A stretch of DNA of 64,000 bases from Antedon mediterranea (Eukaryota; Animalia; Echinodermata), in NCBI RefSeq assembly GCF_964355755.1, contig NC_092670.1:25964795-26028794 (forward strand). Direction: 5' to 3'. The notes below the pieces were generated by a model. The model had not been told where the DNA came from. It searched no databases and saw only the letters and a list, made by a program, of their open reading frames with translations. Position numbers and translations under genes: made by a program. Of the stretch, positions 14,140-26,339 are shown piece by piece. How positions within the stretch are numbered: position 1 is the first letter of the stretch; each line of letters begins with the position of its first letter.

Positions 14140-14600
14140 TTGTAAAATATGATTACAAACATAATTTCATTAAATCGAAAAGCTTATTATATCGATTCCT
14201 GGCCATAAAGAATACACTCTGAAAAATTGATGTTGCTAGATGAAATTGATCTCAAGATAACTGACGGACAAATAATGCTAAGGAAAGAATAAATAAAGAA
14301 ATAGTGATTCTGACAAAATCAATAAGGTTATATTGCATAATAATGCTTATAACCTAAAAAAATGAAAAGGCAGAATCGTTTGTCATTTCTCCAAAGTGCG
14401 TGCTGAAAAAATATAAGAAATCTAAAAGCGATCCAAAATTGATAAACAAATAATGCTAAGGAATAAATAAATAAATAAAGATTCTAACAAAATCAATAAG
14501 GATTGCATAATAATGCATAACCTATAAAAAACGAAAAGGCAGAAACCTTTGTCAAGTCTGCAAAGCGCATGCTGAGAAAATGCAAAAAATCTAAAAGCGA
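14140..14600 (-). mobile_element. HINE-like 5' end with about 180-bp tandem duplication of the junction
   Basis: Minus strand taggttata...tataacct hairpin followed by attgattttgtcagaatc and a TTTA/TTTC tract, same layout as 11115; about 14265-14435 is repeated at about 14445-14605. Confidence 0.5.
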
Positions 14601-15169
14601 CCCATACTTTGCGCTATTCAATATAAGAAGCACACTAAACCAAGGACTCGACGGTAAACGGCTATTAATCTAAAAGATTGAGTGAGATCTGTCATACAGG
14701 CATGCCGAAACGATTTAAATTCATGCTTTAAAGGCAATGACACAAACTTAAGTTCAGACTTATATATAATCACTATTCTGCCATCCCTCACGTCTCCTTG
14801 ACGTGGTAAAACTTTGAAAAGTAACCCGTCAGGTGTGCACTCCTCGCTAATCGAAGGTATTCCATTGCTTAACCAATTAAGACTTCGTAATAACTAAGAT
14901 GTCAATTTTAGAGTCTAAAGTCAAAAATTGTAGTGGTTTTGTTACAAATAGAGCGTGCATTAAAAACGCATTTGTCCGAAACATAGTTCCGGTTAATTTG
15001 ACCAGCTTTTAAAATACGTTCGCACTCAGCAGTAGTTGGCCTTTCATGAGTTTTTGGCCTAAAATTATTCATGTGTACTGTCATTTTGTTTGATTCTAGT
15101 TCTTGTATGTCTTGGAATATTAATGACTGCTGACAGGCTGTGTCCTATTGGTCGATGGCTATTTTTACC

Positions 15170-16323
15170 TGCTCTCCTACCTCTTCGTCGCCTTCTAGAA
15201 GGGGTTCAAGCCCGGAAACTACCTGCAGTTGTGACCTTTGTCAACTTTCATAAGGCCTTTGACAGCATTCACAGAGTTAAAATGTGTAAAATACTGGCAT
15301 CTTATGGCATCCCAGAGAAGATTGTCTCAGCTATCAGCAACATGTATAACACCACTAGGGCTAAGGTCATCTCTCCAGATGGGGAAACAGAAGTATTTGA
15401 TATCCAGGCAGGTGTGCTACAGGGTGACACACTTGCTCCTTTCCTGTTCATCACTGTTCTAGACCACTGTCTTCGCCAAGCCATACCAGAGGACAAGGCT
15501 CAAGATCTTGGATTTACCATCACACCAAGAAAGCCTAGGATAATTCAAAAACAAACTATAACAGACCTTGGATTTGCAGATGACCTAGCACTACTATCTG
15601 ATACAGTGGATCAAGCTCAGGAACTTCTATTAGCCTTGGAAAGACAAGCAGCAAGGATTGGGCTTCATATTAATGCCAAAAAAAACCCAGTATATGAGTT
15701 TCGACCAGTCATCTGATGTATCAGTATCCACCATGAATGGCAGTAAACTTCAACTAGTCCATGACTTTAAATATCTTGGTGCATCGACAAGCCAGGATAT
15801 TCATGTCAGAAAGGGACTTGCTTGGAAATCCATCAATAAACTGCAAAAGATCTGGAAATCTAACTTACCTAGACATCTCAAAGTCAACATCTGCCCAACA
15901 CTGGTCGAACCAGTACTTCTTTATGGTTCAGAAACATGGACATTGACAAAACAATTGGAAAAAAGTCTGGACGGATGCGACACCAGATTACTCAGAGCTG
16001 CACTAATTATCAGTTGGATGGACAAAGTACAAAGTACTGTATGGCGAAATTCCTTTAAAATAAGACACCGCAGATTGGGTGCTGCCGGCCATTTTTATCG
16101 TCACACAGAAGAAGCAGCAAGCAGATTTCTGCTCTGGGAACCCAAACATGGATCATCAGGTGCACGAAACAAAACATACGTCAAGGTCCTTCTTGAGGAT
16201 ACCAGCTTAGGAAATACATCTGAACTTGCTTGTGTCATGGAGGACTGCAAAACATGGAAATCTAGCTATGCTGATGTCTGATTGATGAAGATGGTCGACT
16301 GCGGTCAATATATGATGATGATA
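15170..16323 (+). mobile_element. RTE-clade LINE, 5'-truncated, frameshifted RT
   Basis: FVNFHKAFDSIHR, GVLQGDTLAPFLF, LGFADD, then frameshift at an A-run near 15680 into FKYLG...LLYGSETWTL...AGHFYRH; (TGA)n-like tail near 16312. Confidence 0.9.
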
Positions 16324-16599
16324 ACGAACAAATGAACCATAATTTCTTATCTTACCCCTGTGCTGTGGTATAATGTCTTCATAACATGAATCTAAAACCG
16401 TATTTCCATTTGAGTAGTCCAAGTATACATTAGAACAACAATCATCCCGTGTAATGTAAGGCGGCATTTCGAATGAGTTATCTAGACTGCTCCAGTAGCC
16501 CACTTTGCATATTATCATTCAACAATCAAAACGATTTACCAATTACACTAATATACCAATTCCTGTCTCACCTATGAGCAAATAGGCCCACCTATGGGT

Positions 16600-18215
16600 A
16601 AAAAGCACCCGCTGCCTTATGGATTACGCTAGGTAAAGCTGAAGGCTAAGGGAGTTAACCCCAACAGAAAACTGAAACAGGATCGCATCATCCTGCTATT
16701 GATGTCAACTAATGATAGCAAATCGATGCTGCAACCAACCCTGTACCAAATGTTTTGCATTGCTCTTCTTTGGAATTCGCATGGATAAGGCAGAGAGAAG
16801 ACTTATGGCGCTTGGGTAACACATGGATTCTTAACTCAGGCAAACACACCAGAGAAGACAACTCTGGCATCTGAGGATGGTAACAAATCAAGAGGTAATA
16901 ATTACGAGTTATAAGTCTAGATTATATTGGCGTGATATTTAGACGCTACGGATTACTTTTGACGGTAGGAGGGGTTATTTAGTTACTGCCTGCCTTCAGC
17001 TGAGCAGCCCTTAGCCAATTGGATACTGATGCGCTACGGTCTACCTTATTTGATTGGGTGGTTAAAGATTAGAGCCTGCAAACTTGACAAGTAGACTGCA
17101 ATTATTCACCAACAAATACAAAGAAACTTTATTATATTAAACTTTGTCTTCCATGAGATAGCACTATAACACTGAATACTGAACTGAGAAAATTATCCAT
17201 AATCGATCAAGAATTACAGCGACTAAATATTGACATAGCTGCACTCCAGGACACCAGACTTCTTGGCCTTGGTTCAATTGCAGAAAAGAACTATCTTTTT
17301 CTGGAGAGAAACAATAACACGGTGTGGCCTTTGCTGTTCGTAGATCTATCCTGCCATTTATAGAACCACCTACTGATGGAAACAAATGATCTGAATCAGA
17401 ATCAGAAATTTTATTAATCTCCAAAGGAGATATTCATTTGCTCAGAGTTAAAACAATTAAAATATTAATATGTGCATATATAAAAATATCAATATCAGAA
17501 GGTAACAAGGTATCACATCACAATAACAAGGACAGACAGCATAGAAATTACTAAACTCAAGAAACACAGACAATGTTAACCACCAAAAATCTCAATGAAG
17601 CTTCACACCAACCTTGGAGTCATTAGCCTAATTAATATCTATGGTCCGACCATGCAAGTTCCGAAAAAAGTAATTGATGTGTTCTATGCTCAATTAGATC
17701 AAGCTGTCATGAAGATCCTAAAAAGTGAATAAATATATATCCTTGGAGATTTCAATGCACGTGTTGGAGCAGATGTTCTATCTTGGTCCCCTCACATAGG
17801 ATATTTTGGTGTTGGGGAATTAAAAAGTAATGGTCGTAGATTTCTTGAATTCACTGTACTTCACTTTTATGGAATATCTTTCAAGAGGAGAGTCTCATGG
17901 TGCCATCCAAGATCCAAAGACTGGCATCAACTGGACCATATCCTAACAAGAAGATCTTACCTCAGCATCTCTTATTCGCTGTTTCCACAATGCAAACTGT
18001 GACACAGACTATGCTCTGCTCTGTTCAATAGTAAAGCTGAAACTAGAAACGCAGTGAAGCCGTCTCTCGCTCAGGTGAACCTGTTCTACCAACACCGAGC
18101 TGAACATAGACAAGCCCAGAAAGCCAGAGGTTTTTCTCAAGAAACCACTGCTGTTTTTACATGCCCTTCTTGTGGTCATCAGTGTCAATCTAGGATTGGA
18201 CTACACAGTCACCTC
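16600..18215 (+). mobile_element. RTE/BovB-like LINE remnant: 5' region, APE endonuclease fragments and C-terminal zinc finger; RT missing
   Basis: IDIAALQDTR (about 17228), LGDFNARVG (about 17742), SWCHPRSKDWHQLDHIL (about 17895), and terminal FTCPSCGHQCQSRIGLHSHL* (about 18156-18218); interrupted by unrelated inserts. Confidence 0.7.
17390..17580 (-). mobile_element. LINE 3' tail fragment with (TTCTGA)n end, Rex1-like
   Basis: Minus strand ...ggagattaataaaatttctgattctgattcaga: polyA signal followed by hexamer repeats, inserted in the RTE remnant. Confidence 0.45.
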
Positions 18216-18304
18216 TAATATAAAACTAATACTAATAGAATACGTAAATAATTTTTATCTAAAATTGCCAAGTATCTTCTTGTAACAAAACATTGTGTGT
18301 TTAT

Positions 18305-18592
18305 ACATAGAGTTCTGCAGTGTGACGTCACAACGATAGATGGCACTGTGTGGTTGCTAGCCAACCAAAAAATGTGTTCAATGCTACTATGTTGATAAAC
18401 TATATAGATCTGTATTTCTATCAAATTAAATATCTTAAATTGACTGCTTCAATAGGCCTATTCCAAACCATTGTTGACCTTGGAGTCACTCAGGCAGGTT
18501 GAACGTAGCAACCATGCAGTGCCACCTACCATCCACGCAGTGCCACCTACCATCCACGCAGCGCCATCTACCGTCGTGACATCAGCACTCTT
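18305..18592. repeat. Inverted-repeat MITE-like remnant with 21-bp triplication
   Basis: gacgtcacaacgatagatggcactgtgtggttgcta pairs with tagcaacca...cagcgccatctaccgtcgtgacatc; (ccacgcagtgccacctaccat) x3 at about 18512-18572. Confidence 0.5.
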
Positions 18593-20029
18593 TAGTCTTT
18601 TAAGACTGAAGTTGGCAAAAAAAAAGAAGACAATATTGATCCTTGTATGTATACAAAACGCACCTTCGAGACTTTAACTTCTAAGAAGTTGTTGACGAGA
18701 ACGTTCTTTTTTTAAGTTACCAAAATCCTTCCTGGTATTAGCTCCTTTTACCCCTTACTTCTATTCTCAATCTCTCACTTCTTCCAAATTTCCCTGACTT
18801 TTTCCTGTTTTTAAATCTATTTAAAAACAAAATATCCAATTTCCGTCCAATTTCTGTTCTTCTCTCTGCTCCAAAATTCTAGAAAAAGCAATTCACTTTT
18901 AACTCTACTCCTATATTAATGCTCATAGCCTCTTTCTTGAACATCAAGCAGGCCACTCTGCCCTTATAAACCTGGCTTCAACATATCAATAACAGAAAAG
19001 CGTCAACCATTCTTTCCGCCTTAAAAATCTTTCCATCTTAGGCCTCTCTTTTGAAACTTGTCCATGTCTTCTCGGTTTGAATGTGTTTGTTTTAATTCTT
19101 TAATCTCTTCTCTCCATTTACTATTTCCCAAGGAATAATTTATAGAGGGCTTGATGGAGTAAACACCTATCTATACCGGCTCCAAGGAAAATCTATGTAA
19201 AAAAAATGTCTATACAAATATGTCTTCAATCTCAATATAACAAGTGCAGTATATTGATCAAAAAGAAATACAATCATAATCTTGGGCTTAGAAACGATGG
19301 GTAAGCGAATTGGAACAATTGAATAAAAAATAACTAGTGTGGATGAAAAATCAAAAAGCAATCATAATAATAGAGGATTTAACAGCTTCATTGAACTACA
19401 AGGAAGAAATGTTTACTTGAAAACTAAATACTATTCTACTAAGCATACTGGCCGTCATTAAGCACAAAACCAATGATGGGTACTTCAAAACATACGGCCT
19501 GAACTACCGATAACTTTAAAGCCTTGATTCTTTAAGTAACGCTATAAAACTATGAAACTAAATTTCTTAGCAGACACACAATGCCTTTCCAGGTCTTGCT
19601 TTGCTAACATATTCGCTGATGACACCATCACTTTCAGTGCTAATAAATAATCTTCTTCCATTCAACATAACTTTAATTCTAATTTAAAGCATTTTTTCTC
19701 ATGGCTTGGCATCAATGTTAAACAAGAAATATTTCTTACAAAAAAGGCTGCTCAACTATTTTGCGATTTTAATTATTATCTCTTCATTAAATAATGCTTT
19801 TATTGATATTATATTTAATAAATTAAGAAACAATGATGTCACAATTTGTACAATTAGTCCATACAGTACTACAATAGTCAAACAATGGCATTACAAGAGA
19901 ATTTGCCAACATAATAGTTGTGTGGGAGGGTAAGTAGTGTAGCATAGGTAAAATTACAGGACCCACATTTGATATAATTTTTTGGTATGATGATGTTATC
20001 AAAATAAAACATGAAGATGACAATTTCGG

Positions 20030-20235
20030 AAGATAATATGATTTGAGCAAAAAGATTTGGAAGAAAATTGTACAGGTAGAAGAGTGGTGCGCACAGCTTT
20101 AAATTTGTATAAGTTTGATGATAGAGATGAAAAACTACTTTTTAACTTCGACTGGCCATATTATAAAGTTACAACATCTTTCATGATAAGTTATAAACAT
20201 CAAGGTCACCTTTAATTCTGAAGAGCTGTAAGATA
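20030..20235 (-). mobile_element. Internal fragment of the HINE-like family
   Basis: aaaactactttttaacttcgactggccatattataa...catcaaggtcacctttaattctgaagagctgt is the reverse complement of about 54035-54185. Confidence 0.65.
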
Positions 20236-21280
20236 TTAAAATATATGGTAGAAAAATAATGCATATATATAACTTTAAATACATTAAAGCATGTCATTTC
20301 TTGTTTTAAATGTGCATTCTAAGGTTAATTTTGATAAAAAGAGAAAACAAAAAACAAAACAAAAATTGGGGAAGACCTGGTATTTTCACTGAAAAGTTAC
20401 GGTTCTTTTATTTATTTACCCCTTCAAGCTATCGAAATGGGGGCATCACATCACAATATGATAAAATCGATGCTTATCTATGTTATTATTCATGTGGCTA
20501 AAATTCTTGAGACAACTGGAGATAGAGTAGAGAATCTGTCAAAAATTTGAAACATGGAGTTGAATTGATTAATGATTAATTCGATCCCATTTTTGCAACC
20601 TAAATAGTGATCACAGTGCATATCCGTCATCAATCATTTTCCGGAAATTTACTAATCTATATAGCCAACAGTCGGATCATTCAGAGCATGACTAGCGTAA
20701 ACGACGCTGTTGTGATAATTAAGTTATTAAACCATCAGTGCGAATAAATAGTGTATGATGTTATCCTTTAGTAATTAGTTAAAAACGCTCATTGCACAGC
20801 TTTCTCCATCACTTTCTAAATTACTGCTTCATCTTTTTTTACTATTGTTCTTTTAAATATACCAAAGTATCAGAACAATCCCGAAATAAACGATGGCCCT
20901 GATAGAATTTCTCTGAGCCAGATAGCATAAGACCTTTCGTTCTACCAGTGATCTAAAGATATTTTAACTTCAGTAGAAATTATAGGTTTTAGTTTTCAAT
21001 ATTAGTGCATATGTATGTTATTAAAGACATAAAATAGCAACAAAAACACTTCCATTCCTATTGTAAGTATCTTAGAAAAAATTTCCAACATTTTCTGATA
21101 AAAAAAGAGTTGGTAAGAATGAAGAAATGTTTGCAGCCAGTCAAAATTTTTCTAAATGCAGAAAAAAAGGGAGAAAAAACTACAACAAATGTTGTACACA
21201 TTATATTGTAAAAATAGGAAGTGTTAAAAGCCTACAACAGAAAAATACAGCTAATCAAGACGTGCCCGATTAAAATTTAC

Positions 21281-21526
21281 CCTTTGCTCCAAGATCAGTT
21301 ATCGTATTGGGTATCGGCACTTTGGAGCCAAGTTCTGAAATCTGTTCCGAGAATGGGATCTTGATGCTTGGGCCCGTGGACCAAACACTGCTAAATGCTT
21401 TTGATAGACCAGTAAACATAGAAGAAACCTCTTTTCCTACATCCACCTGGTTTTGGTCTTGTGGCGTTGCATTTAGAGGATTTGTGCCCAACTTCTGGGT
21501 AACTGCACCCACATCAAACAGAGAAT
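21281..21526 (-). CDS. RIMS: RIM/UNC-10 exon, symmetric phase 1-1 (82 codons), candidate cassette exon
   Basis: tttggttgctctag|AT TCT CTG TTT...GGA GCA AAG G|gtaaat; open frame SLFDVGAVTQKLG...SMFTGLSKAFSSVWS...DLGAK in phase with neighbouring exons. Confidence 0.65.
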
Positions 21527-21704
21527 CTAGAGCAACCAAACTTAGTAAGTAACTGCTCTTACTTTATAGTTTTCTTAAGGTATGCATACAAATTCAAACA
21601 TCATTATATAAAATTATACAAGTATAGCAAAGCATACTTTTTAGAAGACTTACTACTTGTTAGTTTTATTACCAAAGTAACATTGTCTTGTAGTTATTAC
21701 TTAA

Positions 21705-21989
21705 AAGATATTGTCCCCCTGAAAAAACATTAGTTAACATTTTTGTTGTTGAGTATGGCATTTAATGTCACATACTAATTATTCATTTTGACCAAAAAAT
21801 TGGATCAAAAAAAAAATTATTTACCTGAAAAAAACATTAATGCAAAATGTAGTCAAACTGACTGGATGTCAATGGTTTTTTTTAACCGTTTATTTTTGTG
21901 AAAACATTATTTGAAAATATTTTCTATAGAAGTGATTTACTTGATTAAAACTGCAAAATAACTTATTCATTTTGGGGGACAATACATCT
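21705..21989. mobile_element. Kolobok-like MITE (TTAA TSD)
   Basis: ttaa|aagatattgtccccc...gggggacaatacatct|ttaa; same family as 43955-44491. Confidence 0.65.
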
Positions 21990-22202
21990 TTAAAATTGTT
22001 TTTAAGAGTACTTGATGTTCATTATTATATGATTATTTATACTATTATATTGATTAAATGTGTATGCTTTGGGGTGAACAAAGTAGTAACTTTTAGAGAC
22101 ACTAAACTTCATACAGTCAATGAGGACCATTACAAAAAATATTACTTTATGTATAATATTGATATAGTTAAAATAAATATCATAATTCAGAAACATACTT
22201 AC

Positions 22203-23018
22203 TTAATCCAGATCTCTGGTTAGGTGATTGATCAGGTTTACCTGGTGTAGGTGAATATCCTGATCTGTGATTGGCTAATGGATCAGCTTTACTTTTAGAA
22301 GCTGGGTAACCTGATTTCTGGTTAGATGAGTCTGATTTACCTTGTGATGGGAAACTTTGGCCTGATAGATTGTAAGGTATTTGATTAGTAGGAGGCACTT
22401 GGTTTGGCATTTGAGATGAATTTGTAGGCCGCCCTTGTCTATCCTGATCTAAATCAGGTAAATTGTTTTGTACTACATGCTGTTTATCTTCTATCCTGTT
22501 GTATATTGTTGAACCAGCACTATTCCTGCGAGGTTGTTCAGGTAAATTTCGATGAATATCTCTTGGATGATCTCTGTAATTAGGTAAGTCTCTAAACGAT
22601 CCATGGATTTCTCTGGTGTTATGTTCAACTGAATGATCATGTCTAGTTAAATCTCTATGCATTTGTGGAGAAATACCTTGTTCGCTGGGAGGATCCCTGT
22701 GGGGGTCCCTGGGCATCTGTCGTTGGTGTTGAGGTGGTACATCTCTTGAATGCTTGCCATGTAGGCTTTTTGAATAATGGTTTTCAAAATCATTTGTTGC
22801 CATATCTCTTGGATGGCTACCCTGAACTATTTTTGAGTAGTGATTAGCAGGGTCATTGCTAAATTGTTCTACTGATGGAAGATGTCTTTGTCGGCTATGT
22901 GGCCTGTAGCCTTCATCTTGAGGATAGTGCACCAATGAACCACCATGAGAGCCAATATTTGGGTAGGTATTTGCATAGCTTGTTCCTCCAGATTTGGTTC
23001 TTCTAACAGATCCACCAA
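22203..23018 (-). CDS. RIMS: RIM/UNC-10 large linker exon (816 nt, phase 1-1), H/R/D/P/Q-rich
   Basis: attattttttag|TT GGT GGA TCT...GGA TTA A|gtaagt; 816-nt open frame with raised GC, in phase with the 27716 donor; contains RNLPEQP. Confidence 0.85.
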
Positions 23019-23689
23019 CTAAAAAATAATATTGTATATATTAATATTTTAAAAAGAGAGACATTCTAAACCCAGATTCAGAATAAAATATAATGTGTAA
23101 ACTATAGTCCTGTTTCTACTGATATTCTTGTCAATAAATTACCCCAATACAATATGTTGTCAGCAAAAACAGGACAAATTGTCAACTAGAACGGCTGTCC
23201 GAGAGTGCATACATAAGATTTCATGCTGGGTGTGATTAGGCACTACAACCATGTTGTAACCAGCCTTTCAACTAACAATAGTTTTAGTTGACTAAAAGTA
23301 GAACAGCAACACCAAAAACAAATGGGTGAATTTGAAAAGAAATATGTTTTTTAAAACTATTCGCACAGCTGAAAAGATATGAATTCGAATAGAAAAGTCA
23401 TGCGCCCTCAATGTTATCGGATGTGTCAGTACACTGCGCATGTCAGCCCTTGATATTTACATGAAATAAACAATTCCTGCGTTCACTGACTCATTTTGTA
23501 CCTTTATTTCCAACAGAGTTTTCATTGCTAAGAAATCATATTGTTATTAAAAATTATACATATTTACTTAATAAACACTAGTTTTTACTTTAGATTGTGA
23601 TAAAATTAGTTTTTATGGATTATAAAATCAACTTTTTTTTTTATTAAAAAAAAAATACTAGTTTGTTTGATAGATTTAATATACGTTTA

Positions 23690-24800
23690 CACAAATGTAT
23701 TGATTTGCAATATATTTATTTGGTTCAACACAAGTACCTCTGTAGGTAAATTTATAGGCCCTTGGGGAATAAACCTAATACCTTTAGATATAGTATTGCA
23801 ATACTTGGACAATACTGTAAATACGTATTAACCATCGCTATTTGAATCGAAAATTTCTTACTGTGAGTGTGGGTACTGTTAGATATATAAATACATGTAC
23901 AAATAATCTTATTACTGTGAGTGTGGGTAGCCTCCTACTGTTAGATATATAAATGCACAATATACAAATAAACCTTATTATTCTCAGCATTTGTATTAAT
24001 TAATAATTACAAAAATTATAAATGTTGTAGTGGTGTATCATTACACTACTTTACAATTTCAATCGACTATGACAGTGACAGTTTTAACAAAGTATTAAAT
24101 CTTTTTTTCATTCCATCCATCTTATCTTGGTGAAAAGGGAGGATACTACATTTTCCTCCCCTGAGTTTATAGCCTCTCTACTCGAACACAAATAAGAACA
24201 CAAATAAGATAGTTTAACAAGAAAATTTTAATCATGTATTTTACCGCCATTTTTCATTTCTACATTTTAATTAACATCGTATCTAAAATTTTAAATGAGA
24301 AAATATATGGTTAATACTAAATTCTGGCATCTTATTGTGTAAATATACCGGTATTTTAACTACTCTAAACATTTACTTTTAATTGTCACAAATGTACTTA
24401 TATGTATATAATATATTCATCAATGAGAATTTAAATAAACGTGAGAAGAACTCACACAAGACAAAAAAAAAGTATTAAATCGAAAATGTTATTTATAGGC
24501 CTATAAAACATGAACAAAATATTTCGTTACTGAGTGGATAAAGAATAATTTAAAAATTGTTCCTATTTGTACCCATCCTTTTCCCCATCCCTCAACCCTA
24601 ATGTTACATACCAAACAAAAATTAGGTTTGTTCCAAATCAAGAATTTGGACTCATTTTATGACAAGTAGGAAGTAGGCCTTATTCCCATGGTGCTAATTT
24701 TAGTTTACTACATAAATCATCATATTATAGTCCTGCGGTACGTACATTTCAAATCGCTACTTTTTTTATGCTGAAATTACTGTGTATTCGAGAACCATCT
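23690..24800 (-). repeat. Second copy of the foldback-family interior, inverted relative to about 9890-10700
   Basis: caatcgactatgacagtgacagttttaacaaagtattaaatc (about 24060) is the reverse complement of about 10252-10293; also shares tactgagtggataaagaa and gctgaaattactgtgtattcgagaaccat. Confidence 0.75.
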
Positions 24801-24947
24801 AGTTATTCATAATCTACCATCTTGGTAGTCATATATCTTCTTTGTTTTGCCATCTCACTATTTAGTAACAAAATTCTTTCATAAGTTTTCAGTAATTACT
24901 TTCAGTGATAATATGGCACACTGGGTTAATTTTACAGAAGAATCCAG

Positions 24948-25272
24948 AATAATAATAATAATAAGCTTTATTTATTCATGGATACTTAACTCAACTGAAA
25001 GTTGTTTTTCAGTAAGACCGTGCTCAAAAGAAAATACCAAAAAAAAACAAATGTAAAAAGACCTTAATTAATATCGAATCAGATAATAAAATAATTACAA
25101 TGAAATAAAATGAAACAAGGATACACTTACTAACTACAAATTGAATAATACACTACATTTAAATAAAGCTACGGTACATGAAATTAGTTTCTTAAAAAGA
25201 GAGACACGTGTTCACATTTTTACTATCTTCATTTAGCTCATTCCAAACCTTAACACCTCTATATGATGTCAT
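24948..25272 (-). mobile_element. CR1/L2-type LINE 3' end fragment with (TTA)n tail
   Basis: Minus strand SYRGVKVWNELNE remnant then aataaataaagc(tta)n. Confidence 0.55.
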
Positions 25273-25273
25273 A

Positions 25274-26310
25274 AGATTGACCTTTATCTGTAGATGTGCA
25301 AGAAACTTTTTTTTATGATTTTCGAGTCGTGCAGCGTAAGTTACGTGCGATATTATGAATTTCAATGATTGATCATAGATTAAAAACCAAAAGTCATTTT
25401 GTATTGAAACTTGGTGAAAATTTAAGTCATATCATGCGCAAACTTTGTATGGATTAAAAATGGCATGTTTCACAGAAAGTTACGCGCGCACGCATGTTTA
25501 AAATTTCAGAATGCGAAAAATCAATTTCTAATCAACTTTGTACGTGTTTCATGTCATTTAGAGCATTTAAAAAATTCCCACGCTTTTTTATTCGCACGTG
25601 TGCATGTAGCGCAAAACAAATATTTTTTGCATGATTTTTGTTTTTCCATCCTTTTCTAGTAAATTTATCAACTTTTCAAACAATTTCAACTTAAAATCAT
25701 GTCATACGAGCACGTCGAATTGCACAATTCACGCGCGTTTTTGATGAAAAAGTTCACAACTTTGTGAAAATTATGCCTTTTTTTAAAACAGTCATAGATT
25801 CTAAACTATGTGGTGAACTTTTTTAAAATTACAGATTCTGGAAGTAGATGAGTTGTAGATATCGAATCATGCATGAATTTGATGGCTAACCGGACATTGT
25901 GACGTCATCGTATGGCCACTCGAATATAAAATATAGGATTTTTGTATCTTTCGTCATAGCTCATCACATTAAATAGAGCGCATCTCCACTTTAATATCCA
26001 TATTCCATTTTCCTCCATTTTTTTTATATTGTCTAGGTCAATCAATTATCTTTCGGATGATTTATCATTTTTTAAATTTTCATGTGCAAAAGCGTCACTT
26101 ATTTTCACCTATTCTGCACTGTATGTAGTATGTATACAGTATATGGTGTATACTGTATATACTTAGACGCGACACAAAATAGAGAGCGCACTAACATTTT
26201 TTTCAATGGCATAATCTTTTTCTGCGCGCAATATTCTAACGTATGACGTGCACGTGGCTTTTGGGCTGCGGATAACCTGACTCGTCCGTAGTGACAAGTT
26301 CAAATCTAGT
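25274..26310 (+). mobile_element. HINE-like element, 5'-truncated copy
   Basis: Colinear with about 11239-12000; ends gcggataacc, ctcgtc...gacaag hairpin, caaatCTAGT. Confidence 0.75.
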
Positions 26311-26339
26311 TTGTTATAACTTTTGCTGTGCGATTTTGA

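Noticed and set aside
18700-19935. Scattered RT-like words (NFRPISVL, IFADDT, MPLFDYCS)
   Set aside because: Too decayed and in mixed orientation to delimit as a feature; probably old CR1/L2 debris.
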